In this document: one piece after another, positions 9,366-19,169 of the stretch
How the letters are laid out: each line of letters begins with the position of its first letter
Position numbering within the stretch: the first letter of the stretch is position 1
Notes under the pieces: model-generated
The model's input: only the letters and a program-made list of their open reading frames with translations
Database searches by the model: none
What the model was told of the DNA's origin: nothing
Origin: an uncultured Bacilli bacterium
GTDB taxonomy: Bacteria > Bacillota_I > Bacilli_A > RF39 > UBA660
Assembly: GCA_944359055.1 (NCBI GenBank)
Contig: CALVSO010000003.1
Coordinates: 4,832 to 68,831 of the forward strand
Direction of reading: 5' to 3'
Length of the DNA: 64,000 nucleotides
Made by a program: the position numbers and the translations under genes

Positions 9366-10061
9366 TTAATTTTCTACGTACTCTGAATTGAAATCCATAT
9401 AAACAGAGAATTCTCCACCTAAAATATCATCTGTACATTCAGGATCACTACCTTCAACCCAAATGACAATTGTGTATTTATCGATATCTCCAGGTTTAAA
9501 ATCATCAACTTTATTACGAGCAACTAATTTTTCTTCTTCAAATGGAATAGTATCTGGCTCATTTCTTCCGTCAGAAGCTTTCTTAGCATACGTAACAGGT
9601 TGTCCATTTCGATAGACTCTAATTCTTACAGCACCGTCAATTTTTTTGATAACATCTGTGATAAAAAGTTCACTCCAATAGCTTGTAATTTCATCTCCAA
9701 CATTCTCAACAAAAAATGTATAAGCAAGGTATTCAGAACCATTATGAGAACCACCAGTAGAATCATCTAAATTATCAGGTAACCAATTACCAGATATATT
9801 AGTGAATGTTTTAGGCGAAGCAACTGATAATTCTGCTTGATACACTTTATAATTAGGATCATCGTAAATGATAATACCTCTACTAAAGTATAAATTTTTA
9901 TCCAGTGTTATACTAAAATTACCACTATTATAAATAATACCTATAACTAAATACAAAAGAATAAATAGGAAAAGAAATATTAATAAAGCTATTCTAAAGA
10001 TATTTTTAAGTTTTCTTTCATTTTTGATTTTCTTTGAACTAAGCTTAATCTTATCTTCCAT
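9366..10061 (-). CDS. membrane-anchored protein sharing the C-terminal WxEGxD domain, paralogue class C (copy 2)
   Basis: A basic N-terminus of about 20 aa, then a single TM helix, then NSGNFSITLDKNLYF...IIIYDD. C-terminus KYTIVIWVEGSDPECTDDILGGEFSVYMDFN. It is 231 aa, versus 230 aa for the copy at 19159-19851. Confidence 0.6.
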   Translation of the reverse strand: MEDKIKLSSKKIKNERKLKNIFRIALLIFLFLFILLYLVIGIIYNSGNFSITLDKNLYFSRGIIIYDDPNYKVYQAELSVASPKTFTNISGNWLPDNLDDSTGGSHNGSEYLAYTFFVENVGDEITSYWSELFITDVIKKIDGAVRIRVYRNGQPVTYAKKASDGRNEPDTIPFEEEKLVARNKVDDFKPGDIDKYTIVIWVEGSDPECTDDILGGEFSVYMDFNSEYVEN

Positions 10062-10126
10062 AACTCTACCCCTTCATATTACCCTATAAACTAGGGTCAC
10101 TATGATATTCTTTACAATACAATATA

Positions 10127-10154
10127 ATTATAACATACATATTTTTTTTGTCAA
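10127..10154 (-). promoter_or_regulatory. near-consensus sigma-A promoter for cassette 2 (TTGACA-16-TGTTATAAT, extended -10)
   Basis: Reverse strand reads TTGACAaaaaaaatatgtatgtTATAAT. About 47 bp, including the -10 and the leader, is conserved with 19874-19920. Confidence 0.55.
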
Positions 10155-10161
10155 TATAATA

Positions 10162-10178
10162 TGTCGATAATTGTCGAA
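10162..10178 (+). promoter_or_regulatory. tandem Spo0A-box-like motifs TGTCGAT (10162-10168) and TGTCGAA (10172-10178) in the divergent promoter region
   Basis: Exact 7-mer match to the Spo0A 0A box TGTCGAA, with a 6/7 copy 10 bp upstream. They sit upstream of the -35 for the minus-strand cassette and about 190 bp upstream of the plus-strand gene. Confidence 0.4.
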
Positions 10179-10363
10179 TTTAATTTTACTTTGTTTTTCT
10201 TTAGTTTACAATACTTTTTGTCAATCTTTTACATTATTTGAATATATTTATTAAATATTTTACACATATTGACACATATAAAATCATATTTTACATTTTT
10301 TTATTGATTTTATACATATATATATGTATAATAAAGATGTAAAAGAAGAAAGAAGGGTTTTAA

Positions 10364-10975
10364 ATGGCAATGAAATTTAAAATATTGTTAGTTATTAGTT
10401 CTTTGGCATTGACATTAAGTTTGATGAGTAATACTTATTCAAGATATGTTGCTGATGTTGATAGCAATATTGATTTGTTATTTGCTAAGTGGCAAATTTT
10501 AGTTAATGAAAATGATATTACCAATAATACTACAACTTCTATCAATATTACTCCAGTAATGGAAGAAAATGTTAACGTTGCTGAAAACACCGTTGCTCCT
10601 TCTTCTAAAGGTTATTTTGATATTGACATTGATCCATCTAATGCTGGTGTATCATTTGATTATTCAATCAACTTAAATATTGAAGATGAAAATATGCCTG
10701 ATTTAATGATTAGTAAATATGCAGTTTTAGATAAGGATTATAATGAAGGTGATCAAATAACTACAACCACTATTTTAAATAATACAATAGATGGAACTGT
10801 TGATTATAATGCTACAGCACATGAACCATTTACAGTAAGAGTTTTCTTTGAATGGTATGAAGGTGTTGATGAAAAAATGGATGATGAAGCTGATACAAAT
10901 ATAGGTTATGAAGCAGCTTTAAATGATAAATCATTATTAGTAAATGCGTCAATTAGTTTCAATCAAAAAATTTAA
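10364..10975 (+). CDS. small secreted protein of the same family (signal-like N-terminus ...LMSNTYSRYV; C-terminal FFEWYEGVDE motif)
   Basis: N-terminal hydrophobic signal; C-terminal motif VRVFFEWYEGVDE resembles the WIEGQD strand of the paralogues. Putative promoter TTGATT-17-TATAAT at 10304-10332. A hairpin terminator follows. Confidence 0.5.
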   Translation: MAMKFKILLVISSLALTLSLMSNTYSRYVADVDSNIDLLFAKWQILVNENDITNNTTTSINITPVMEENVNVAENTVAPSSKGYFDIDIDPSNAGVSFDYSINLNIEDENMPDLMISKYAVLDKDYNEGDQITTTTILNNTIDGTVDYNATAHEPFTVRVFFEWYEGVDEKMDDEADTNIGYEAALNDKSLLVNASISFNQKI

Positions 10976-11033
10976 GAGATTAAAAAATCTCTTTTTTTTA
11001 TACATAAAAAAACACAATTTTATTGTGTTTTAT
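10975..11033. terminator. two adjacent hairpin terminators (AGAGATT-aaaaa-AATCTCT plus T-run; AAACACAAT-ttt-ATTGTGTTT) separating convergent genes
   Basis: Inverted repeats with flanking A and T runs are seen directly in the sequence. Confidence 0.6.
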
Positions 11034-11563
11034 TCTTCTACATCTACTTCATCACCATATTTAATTTCAACTATTAATGCATATAATTCATAAATAAAGA
11101 TTAAGAAACATGGTACTAATACGATAAATAAGAAGCCCCATTGTGATTCAATAATTCCTAAAACATTTCCAATATCATTATATACTTTAGTAGGTCTACC
11201 AATCAAATATTTAATTGAATATGTTTCACCATTTTCAAATGTAAGATAATCATCCATAACTTCTCCAACTTTGCCAATATTTATATCAGCAGTTTTAGAC
11301 ATCTTATCAACTTTATAAACAAATACTTCTTCACCTTTTTGTAAATTTTCTGGCGCTGCTGCTTCAACTAAAACTAAATCACCTTTTTGATATTCTTCAT
11401 GACTTACTTTATCTTTTAAAATTACTAATGAAGTTTCACCAAATACTGTTACTCGATAATCATTGAAATTTAATAATAAAATTGTCATAAATAATGCAAA
11501 AGTAAAATAAACAATTCCCAATGTTACTAATAATACTTTTTTTATTTTTTTTAAAACTTTCAT
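11030..11563 (-). CDS. divergent SipW-like signal peptidase I paralogue (possibly catalytically degenerate)
   Basis: N-terminal TM anchor. YQKGDLVLVE...APENLQKGEEVFVY aligns with SipW NTGDLILVK...NPDDLQKGDIITF. The SGSM and THR catalytic motifs are not clearly conserved. Confidence 0.45.
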   Translation of the reverse strand: MKVLKKIKKVLLVTLGIVYFTFALFMTILLLNFNDYRVTVFGETSLVILKDKVSHEEYQKGDLVLVEAAAPENLQKGEEVFVYKVDKMSKTADINIGKVGEVMDDYLTFENGETYSIKYLIGRPTKVYNDIGNVLGIIESQWGFLFIVLVPCFLIFIYELYALIVEIKYGDEVDVEE

Positions 11564-11572
11564 ACTTCCTCC

Positions 11573-12430
11573 TTAATTACATTCTATTTCTAATAAAGAA
11601 AATTCATTTACATTATAAGTAGCATCTTTATCTACTTTATAAAATATATAACTTAAATTATCTTTACTAGGTATTTCTAAAATTATTTCATTAATATAAC
11701 CATTTGACATATTATAATTTGTTATATTTTCGTTATCAATTCTTAATTTATTAGCATCCCAATTTATTTTAACACATTTTTTAGTGTCAGAAGAATTAGT
11801 TACTGTTAATCGATCATAATTAGAAAATGATTGATATAACATATCTGTTTTTTCTACTAAGTTTTTATCTTTTTTAAGAATAAATGTTCCAGTTAATATC
11901 TTCTCATATGGTTCAGTAGTAACAACTTCAATATTAGCAGTTACATTATCATTTTCTACATCAAAATATATATCTGAAGTAGCTTTTTGAATAACCCAAT
12001 CATAACCTTTTACTTCACAAGTTGCTTTATCAAAATCAGTTGTATCTACACCATCATTTGTATTATTTACACAACTATTATAACTAGATAATGTCCCATA
12101 ATAAACATTCGAATCAGTTCCATTGACTTTACAATTACTACCATCATCTAATGTACAAGTTACTTTATATTTTATATCATAATCAGTAACTAAAGCATCG
12201 TTAATATTATTTTTTAAATTAAAATGAATACTTGTTCCATCCCAAACATTATTAACATTTTTAACGTTATTTCCTAGTTGATCACTACTTAAATAAAATC
12301 CTTGAGAATTTAAATAATAATTCCAAACTGTATTAGATACATATTTTGCTAATGTAAAACCATTTGTAATAAGTAAAATTGTACCTAAAAATATAACAAT
12401 CATTATTAAATATTTGCGCATTTTAATCAC
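11573..12430 (-). CDS. secreted protein with a SipW-type-like signal (ITNGFTLAKYVSN)
   Basis: Basic N-terminus plus h-region, then N/T-rich mature part. Same operon as the TasA-like and SipW-like genes. Confidence 0.45.
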   Translation of the reverse strand: MIKMRKYLIMIVIFLGTILLITNGFTLAKYVSNTVWNYYLNSQGFYLSSDQLGNNVKNVNNVWDGTSIHFNLKNNINDALVTDYDIKYKVTCTLDDGSNCKVNGTDSNVYYGTLSSYNSCVNNTNDGVDTTDFDKATCEVKGYDWVIQKATSDIYFDVENDNVTANIEVVTTEPYEKILTGTFILKKDKNLVEKTDMLYQSFSNYDRLTVTNSSDTKKCVKINWDANKLRIDNENITNYNMSNGYINEIILEIPSKDNLSYIFYKVDKDATYNVNEFSLLEIECN

Positions 12431-12959
12431 CTAACTTCTGCCAACTATTTATTTCTACATCAATGAAATCAGCTAAATTTGTATATTCTAATGAATTATA
12501 TTCACTAGGGAATGTTACTTTTAATTTATAATTATCTAATATTTCATTTGTATGTTCTAGTGTTTGAATTGAAGAATTACATACTAATTCATTTTTTTCA
12601 TTTCTTGAGTAAGTTTCATCACATTTCATTATTAATTCTTCTGTTTCCCCTACTTTATATAATTCAATATCTAATGGCATAAAATGAAATGTTTTAATAG
12701 TAATTTGATATTCAACTGTTACATTACTTAATTCATTATCTTTATTAGTAACTGAAAATAAGTATTCTTCATTACTACCAGGATTTAAATTACTTAGATT
12801 TAATTCTAAATGATTCAATTGTTTACTTTCAAATACAAATTTAGCGATTTTTTGATCTACTTTTACATTACTGTTAGAATTAAACATTGAATATGTAACA
12901 CCAGTACCTAAAAATATAGTTATTAAAATAAACAAAATTATTAATACTTTATGTTTCAT
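12423..12959 (-). CDS. TasA/camelysin family protein (peptidase M73-like fold)
   Basis: GVTYSMFNSNSNVKVDQKIAKFVFESKQLNHLELNLSNLNPGSNEEYLFSVTN aligns with B. subtilis TasA GGGTWAAFNDIKSKDATFASGTLDLSAKENSASVNLSNLKPGDKLTKDFQFEN. Confidence 0.75.
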   Translation of the reverse strand: MKHKVLIILFILITIFLGTGVTYSMFNSNSNVKVDQKIAKFVFESKQLNHLELNLSNLNPGSNEEYLFSVTNKDNELSNVTVEYQITIKTFHFMPLDIELYKVGETEELIMKCDETYSRNEKNELVCNSSIQTLEHTNEILDNYKLKVTFPSEYNSLEYTNLADFIDVEINSWQKLGD

Positions 12960-12968
12960 GATTTCCTC

Positions 12969-15900
12969 CTATCTAACAATAAATTTCTTTTCGATTGTTC
13001 CTATTTTAGTTGTACCATCATATAATTCAAATACAAATTTGTAACCACCTAACATATTTTTAAGTTCTAATTTGTTAGGTAATTCATAAATATTATCAGT
13101 TATTTTGTTTAATTTTGTAGTAGTATAATTACTTAAATCAACTAATGAATAATCTTGATTATAAGCTGATAAAACTTGTTTCTTATATAATGAAACTCTT
13201 ACAGTTGGATTAGTAAAATTACCAGTTTTAATTATGTCAAAATCAATTATATTGTCTGTTATAACATTATTAAATGATACATCAAATCCATAATCAATTG
13301 TAACATTGTTAGTTACAGTTACTGGAACAGTTATTTCATTACTATATGAATTAGCATATTTTCCATCATAAGATGCAAGTGCTTTTATTTTAAAGTAATA
13401 AGTGCCTGTTTCTAATTTGCTATTATCAACTGAAGTAGTTATTTCTAAATTACCAATAGCAGGTATTCTAACTATACCATCATTATTTGGTGAGTATTCT
13501 TTTCCATTTACTTTAAATGTTAAATTTTTTAAATATTCTTTATTTACTATATTTCCATTTTTATCAACTAAACTAACATTTAATCCCATTATTTTATCTT
13601 CATATGTTGTATCATTTATTTGTTTATCATTTATAAAATCATATACTAAATTACTTGTAATATCAATTGTATTAGTAGAATCACTATTATAAATAATTGT
13701 ATCACTATAATTAGAACTAATATTTATACTAGCACTACTTTCATAAATATTAAATGGTTTTAAAGTAGTTGTTAAAGTTTTAATTACACTATCTTGATTG
13801 TTTAATTCCATAGCTATTTTAATATCTTCAATATCAGTTATATCAGTGTTTTTAAAATCTAAAACAATAGTAAAATTCTCATTTATTTGATTTGTATAAT
13901 TATCTTCACTAAATAAAGTATCACTACCTACTTCTTTAAATAAAGTTAAATTATAAATTGTATCTTGTTTGTCAACTGTATATGTATATACTTTATTTTG
14001 GTTGTTATCAATTAAAGTTATTTTTGTATTAAGTGGTAAGGAAGTATTAGATACAATACTATGTGTTTTTCCTTCGTTATAATTATAACTTGATTGATAA
14101 CTTACATTTAAAGTAATAGATGATTTATTTGTTATATAATTTGTAGTAAAGTTATTATTTCTACCAGCATTTAAACTATTAATACTATAACCATCAAATA
14201 TTATATATTCACTATTAACATAAGTAATATAATCAGCATTATCAATTACTTTAACATATAAAATATAAGTACCTTTATTATTAATCGTTATTTTATCATT
14301 ATAAGCATTCCAACTAACACTATCTAATTTATCTTCATTTATTATTTCATTAGATAAATAATATTCTACACTTTTAATACCAGATAAATTATCAATAGCA
14401 GTTATTGTTAAATCGGTATTTTCATTTATATAATTTTTAATAGTTGGATTATTTAATTTATTCCAAGTCTTATCATTCATATTAATAGTAACATCAGAAC
14501 CAGATAAATCCACTATAATTAAATCAGAATTTAAATAATAGATATTATCATTATTATCGACTACTTTAGCATATATAACATATTTACCTTCATTATTTAA
14601 TTCAACTATATTTTCATAATTACTAAAAGTTAAATTTTGTATTTCTTCTTTTGTTAATTCTTTATCACTAATATAATAACTAACTTCTTTAAATGGTCTT
14701 AATGGATCAATTTGTTCGATACTAAAAGCAGTTGCTTTATTAAACTTAATTGAATTTAATTCGTATCCTAAATTGTTCCATGAATATGTTCCCACATGAA
14801 TATTAGCAATTGGATTATTTATATCATCAGTAGCTAATATAGGAAAACTTCCTTCTTCATAAACCCAAACATTTTCTGCGTTACTAGTTAAATCAGTACT
14901 ATCAATAAATTCATTAAATTGTAAATTATTAATAACAAATTCTTTATCTTTTAAATTATTAATATCTGTTAAAGTAACAGTTCCAAATATACTTCCTTCA
15001 TTGGTTATTTCACCATCAGTATAATAAGAATTTTTAAAATTAACAACACTACTTACAATAGAATTTACTAAATATGTTGTTTCTGTTGCAAAAGAATTAT
15101 TAATAGTTAAATTACCATTTGTAACATTATTAATTAAATGAGTAACATTACCTGTACTATAAACTTTATTTAGTGTTCCTTTACCATGAAGTTTATTAAT
15201 TAATCCAGATGTTTTATCACCTGATAATGTTCCGTTATTATATGATTTATTAATTGTAATATCATTAGTATATCCTACTAAACCAACACTATTTTTACCT
15301 ATAATATTAGCTTTATTAATAACATTATTTAAAGTAATTTTATCAGCCTTAGCAACTATTCCACTACTAATACCATAATTATAAGTTACATCATAAGTTA
15401 AATTATCTAATGTTATATTAGTATCTATAACTATTTTACTAATATTTCCTAAATCGAGACTGAAATCACCAGTTACTTCATTATTATTAATTTTTATTTT
15501 ATTTTCACCAATGCTACCTTTAATTGTAACATTAATTATATCACCTTTTATATAAGGAATCATTATATTAGAAAAATTAGATATTGTAGGAACATTAAAT
15601 GTTTCTGTTTTAGTTAATTCTTCATTTGTACCAACAACATAACCATTATATAAAACATTAGTTATATTACAATTAGTAGCACTAGAAGCAATTCCTGCAG
15701 TAATATTACCACCATAAATCATAGAATTTTCAACATACAAATTACTTACATTACCACTTAAATTAGTAAATAAACCAACTTCTTCATTTTCACTAGAAAT
15801 ATATAAACCATATATTCTAAAATAATTACCATCTAAATTACCCTTAAAATTATTTAATGATTCAAATAAATTAATAGATTTTATTTTAGTGCCAGTTTTA

Positions 15901-16298
15901 TCTACATTATCATATATTTCATTAGTATTTTCTTTTACATAAAAGGTTGTATTATTTAATTTATATTTAATACCTTCTTCATCATAACTAAATATACCAT
16001 CATTTAAAACAATATCCTTATTTAACTCAAAATATGTATCAGCATAATCAGTAGTTTTTAACATTTGCGCAAAATAAGCTAATTCATTACCATTAGAAAT
16101 AATATAAGGATCATCAATTGTACCACTACCACTTCGATAACTAGTAGCTACATTACCATCCCAAACTTCAATATCTTTAATAGTATTTCTATTTTTATAT
16201 CTTGCCAAACTAGGTATCATAATTGAACAAATCAATATTAAGCCTAAAATTAAAATTAAATAATTTTGCTTAGGTATTTTTTTCAATAAATCTTTCAT
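12969..16298 (-). CDS. large N/T-rich secreted surface protein: SipW-like signal, parallel beta-helix N-cap motif, tandem Ig-like repeats
   Basis: Signal ...IMIPSLARYKNRNT. DPYIISNGNELAYFAQMLKTTDYADTYFELNKDIVL resembles the cap of right-handed beta-helix adhesin or pectate-lyase-like domains. There are two repeats of about 95 aa (GKYVIYAKVVDNNDNIYYLNSDLIIVD and GTYILYVKVIDNADYITYVNSEYIIFD). No LPXTG motif. Confidence 0.6.
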   Translation of the reverse strand: MKDLLKKIPKQNYLILILGLILICSIMIPSLARYKNRNTIKDIEVWDGNVATSYRSGSGTIDDPYIISNGNELAYFAQMLKTTDYADTYFELNKDIVLNDGIFSYDEEGIKYKLNNTTFYVKENTNEIYDNVDKTGTKIKSINLFESLNNFKGNLDGNYFRIYGLYISSENEEVGLFTNLSGNVSNLYVENSMIYGGNITAGIASSATNCNITNVLYNGYVVGTNEELTKTETFNVPTISNFSNIMIPYIKGDIINVTIKGSIGENKIKINNNEVTGDFSLDLGNISKIVIDTNITLDNLTYDVTYNYGISSGIVAKADKITLNNVINKANIIGKNSVGLVGYTNDITINKSYNNGTLSGDKTSGLINKLHGKGTLNKVYSTGNVTHLINNVTNGNLTINNSFATETTYLVNSIVSSVVNFKNSYYTDGEITNEGSIFGTVTLTDINNLKDKEFVINNLQFNEFIDSTDLTSNAENVWVYEEGSFPILATDDINNPIANIHVGTYSWNNLGYELNSIKFNKATAFSIEQIDPLRPFKEVSYYISDKELTKEEIQNLTFSNYENIVELNNEGKYVIYAKVVDNNDNIYYLNSDLIIVDLSGSDVTINMNDKTWNKLNNPTIKNYINENTDLTITAIDNLSGIKSVEYYLSNEIINEDKLDSVSWNAYNDKITINNKGTYILYVKVIDNADYITYVNSEYIIFDGYSINSLNAGRNNNFTTNYITNKSSITLNVSYQSSYNYNEGKTHSIVSNTSLPLNTKITLIDNNQNKVYTYTVDKQDTIYNLTLFKEVGSDTLFSEDNYTNQINENFTIVLDFKNTDITDIEDIKIAMELNNQDSVIKTLTTTLKPFNIYESSASINISSNYSDTIIYNSDSTNTIDITSNLVYDFINDKQINDTTYEDKIMGLNVSLVDKNGNIVNKEYLKNLTFKVNGKEYSPNNDGIVRIPAIGNLEITTSVDNSKLETGTYYFKIKALASYDGKYANSYSNEITVPVTVTNNVTIDYGFDVSFNNVITDNIIDFDIIKTGNFTNPTVRVSLYKKQVLSAYNQDYSLVDLSNYTTTKLNKITDNIYELPNKLELKNMLGGYKFVFELYDGTTKIGTIEKKFIVR

Positions 16299-16350
16299 AA
16301 ATATCTTCCTTTACCACTTATTTATTCTTTAACTTTTCTACCTTATATCA

Positions 16351-16379
16351 ATTATAACATAATTCGACATCTTTTGCAC
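16351..16379 (-). promoter_or_regulatory. promoter for the large-protein operon: extended -10 TGTTATAAT, weak -35 (GTGCAA), Spo0A 0A box TGTCGAA (16363-16369) in the spacer/-35 region
   Basis: Reverse strand reads GTGCAAaagaTGTCGAAttatgtTATAAT. The arrangement resembles Spo0A-activated sigma-A promoters, which have poor -35 elements. Confidence 0.45.
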
Positions 16380-16385
16380 CTATTT

Positions 16386-16415
16386 TCAAAAAAAATATCA
16401 CACAAATTGTGTGAT
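16386..16415. terminator. bidirectional intrinsic terminator (ATATCACACAA-at-TTGTGTGATAT, flanked by A8 and T4)
   Basis: Perfect 11-bp inverted repeat downstream of the class B1 gene. Confidence 0.6.
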
Positions 16416-16423
16416 ATTTTAAA

Positions 16424-17740
16424 TTATTCATTTGTTGTTGGAACATCTGGTCCATCATAATCAGGGAAATCTGATTGATTGTATCTTTCTTTAGTGAATC
16501 CAAAGTTAATAGTAATTTTCTTTCCTAAAGATGCGAAATCATAGTTATCAATATCTTGTCCTTCAATCCATACATAAACTCTTAATTTAGTAATACTATT
16601 TGGAGCTAAAGTCATAAATTGTGGACGATCTTTACCTTCAACATTTTTCATTGTATCAGTAAAGTATGGGAATTCAATTAATTTCATTGCACCTTTTTGT
16701 CCTGGTTGTGTTCCTTCTGCAGCAGCATTGTATTCTGCTAATGTATTAGTATTAGCTGTATATTTATTATAAGCAGTACCATCATAAATATTAACATTAT
16801 CATCAATTCCAATTGTTCTACTAATAGCATATGTTGGATAAGCAGTTGTTTTATTTAATGTTTTACATGGTGTAGCATCAGTATAAGATGCGCTTGAATT
16901 AACATCTGCACCAGTTCTTTCTAAACATGATTCATTATACCAATTAATAGCATTTTGTACGTGTTTAGTATCATTTGGTTCCCAAATTTGAGCATCTCTA
17001 CAAATACCTGTAACATGTTCTGGATCTTCTGCATCATCTAAACTATCAGCACAAGTCATACTTGTTACTAATTTTTGATTTTCTGTTACATCTGTATCTA
17101 AAGCAGCACTTACACGACCTAATTGAACAAATCCAACTCTTACAGAATTTTCAATACCAGCTTTACCTTCACCATCTAAAGCAACTGTAACAGCTGAATT
17201 AGTATTTAAATAAATTGCTTCTTCATTTTTGACATTATTTTCTGGATAATAAGGATTTCCTGATAAGTTCTTAACAAATAAGTCAAATGCAATATAACCA
17301 TCACCTTCAACATATTCTTTTGAACTAGTTGATCCACCTACTTGTTTAGTATGGTTGTCAACTCGACTAGATAACAATCTATAACCACCTGTAACAGCAG
17401 TTAAACTTCCTTTTTCATATAACTTCATTCTTGATGAAGTTGCATCCATTTCACCAATTGAAGACATTGGAATTAAACCTTGTTTAGGTTGATCTAACCA
17501 TTGATTTGCATTTCCATCATAAGCTGGTGCATTTTTTGCATCTAATGTATATGACCAATCCTTACCATTCATTGATAAGAATAAGCCTTCGGTTGTTGCA
17601 ATATTAATGTCGAATTCTGTTACATTAACAGTTTTCATACCTATAAACCATGCATAAGTTGAAACTGATAATAAAATAGCACATAAAGCACAAAGAGTAA
17701 TCAGATTTCTTACTTTTTGATTTTTCTTTCTTCTTTTCAT
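16424..17740 (-). CDS. secreted TasA/camelysin-like protein, paralogue class B (copy 1)
   Basis: N-terminus MKRRKKNQKVRNLITLCALCAILLSVSTYAWFIGMKTVNVTEFDINIATTEGL. C-terminus ITKLRVYVWIEGQDIDNYDFASLGKKITINFGFTKE. A 49/50-nt tract is identical with copy 2 (16952-17001 versus 7261-7310). Confidence 0.7.
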   Translation of the reverse strand: MKRRKKNQKVRNLITLCALCAILLSVSTYAWFIGMKTVNVTEFDINIATTEGLFLSMNGKDWSYTLDAKNAPAYDGNANQWLDQPKQGLIPMSSIGEMDATSSRMKLYEKGSLTAVTGGYRLLSSRVDNHTKQVGGSTSSKEYVEGDGYIAFDLFVKNLSGNPYYPENNVKNEEAIYLNTNSAVTVALDGEGKAGIENSVRVGFVQLGRVSAALDTDVTENQKLVTSMTCADSLDDAEDPEHVTGICRDAQIWEPNDTKHVQNAINWYNESCLERTGADVNSSASYTDATPCKTLNKTTAYPTYAISRTIGIDDNVNIYDGTAYNKYTANTNTLAEYNAAAEGTQPGQKGAMKLIEFPYFTDTMKNVEGKDRPQFMTLAPNSITKLRVYVWIEGQDIDNYDFASLGKKITINFGFTKERYNQSDFPDYDGPDVPTTNE

Positions 17741-17750
17741 TTTATACCTC

Positions 17751-19169
17751 CTAATTTATTGTCCATATATCATCTACTCGCGTAGCTGTTTTTTTAACTC
17801 CACCATCTTTGAATGTAAATTTAGTCATCCAACTTGGTAAAGTAAATTCCTTTTTGTCATTATCATAAGTAATTTTTGAATTTGAAATATCAGTTATTTC
17901 ACCAGTATTAACATAAGATACTGTTTGGTCTCTAACTACATCATCTGGTAATTCTGGATCACCATCATAATCGATATCTTCTCCATAGAATCTTTCTTTA
18001 GTAAATCCAAATGATACAGAGATCTTTCTTCCTAACGAAGCAAAATCATAGTTGTCTATATCTTGTCCTTCTATATAAATATAGATTCTTACCTTAGTAA
18101 TACTATTTGGAGCAAGTGTTATAAAATCAGGTCTATTAACTCCTTCATTAAACTTATCAGTATCAGTAAAGTAATCTACTTTGTATAGTTTACCTTTTTG
18201 ATATGAATTTGCTATTGATTTAGTATAGCCATTATATTCTTTACCATCATACACATCAATTTGATCTGTATAATCAATAACTCCACTTACTGCATAAGTT
18301 GGATAATAAATTCCATCTTTAATAGTTTTACAAGGTCCACTAAATGAAGCAGGATTAGTTATATCACTGCCAATTCTTTTACGACATGATGTTGTATACC
18401 AACTAATAGCATTAGTAACATGTTTAGTGTCATTAGGTTCCCAAATTTGAGCGTCCCTATCAGCACATATACCAGTAACATCATCATCAGATTTACAAGT
18501 AATGCCTGTAATAACATCAACATCGTCTTCTACTGCTATAACACGTCCGATTTGTGCGAAAGCTACTCTTACAGAATTTTCAATACCAGCTTTTATTTCT
18601 CCATCTTCAGCAACTTTTACTTCTGATTCTGGATCTAAATAAATTGCTTCTTCGTTTTTTGGATTTAATTCTTTATAGTATGCATGTCCTGATTTATTTT
18701 TAATAAATAAATCAAATGCTACATATCCATCAACTTCTTTAGCGCCAGTATTTTCTACTATTGCAGCCATCACACGATAACCACCAGGTGATGCTGTAAA
18801 ACTTCCTTTTTCATACATTATAAGTCTTGATGAGCCAGTATCAATCTTACCAACTGATGAAACAGGAACTAATCCTTTGCCACCCCAACTGTTAGTGTTT
18901 CCAGGATAACTTACAGTTTTATGATTTTCTTCATTAATCGTTACTGTTGTTTCCCAATTCTTACCATCTAACGATAATAATAAACTATCAATAGCAGCAA
19001 TAGAAACATCAAAACTAGAAACATTAACAACCTTCATACCAATAAACCATGCATAAGTTGAAACGGTTAGAATAATCGTACATAAAACAGCAGCAACAAG
19101 TAATTTTTTTACTCTTGTTTCATGTTTTTTCTTACGTCTTTTCATAATCCCTTCTTTCTTATTCTGCAT
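17751..19169 (-). CDS. secreted TasA/camelysin-like protein, paralogue class A (copy 1) with a 55 aa C-terminal extension; the real start is probably the second Met (about 19145)
   Basis: ...LLVAAVLCTIILTVSTYAWFIGMKVVNVSSFDVSIAAIDSL. The other paralogues begin at the basic MKRRKK segment, and GAAGGGA precedes that internal ATG. Confidence 0.7.
   Translation of the reverse strand: MQNKKEGIMKRRKKKHETRVKKLLVAAVLCTIILTVSTYAWFIGMKVVNVSSFDVSIAAIDSLLLSLDGKNWETTVTINEENHKTVSYPGNTNSWGGKGLVPVSSVGKIDTGSSRLIMYEKGSFTASPGGYRVMAAIVENTGAKEVDGYVAFDLFIKNKSGHAYYKELNPKNEEAIYLDPESEVKVAEDGEIKAGIENSVRVAFAQIGRVIAVEDDVDVITGITCKSDDDVTGICADRDAQIWEPNDTKHVTNAISWYTTSCRKRIGSDITNPASFSGPCKTIKDGIYYPTYAVSGVIDYTDQIDVYDGKEYNGYTKSIANSYQKGKLYKVDYFTDTDKFNEGVNRPDFITLAPNSITKVRIYIYIEGQDIDNYDFASLGRKISVSFGFTKERFYGEDIDYDGDPELPDDVVRDQTVSYVNTGEITDISNSKITYDNDKKEFTLPSWMTKFTFKDGGVKKTATRVDDIWTIN

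Noticed and set aside
10141-10230. Repeated TTGTCAA/TTGTCGA motifs, which I first read as a novel direct-repeat operator
   Set aside because: On the coding (minus) strand, these are the -35 hexamer TTGACA and its upstream copies, plus the known Spo0A 0A box TGTCGAA. They are better explained by these established elements than by a new regulator site.
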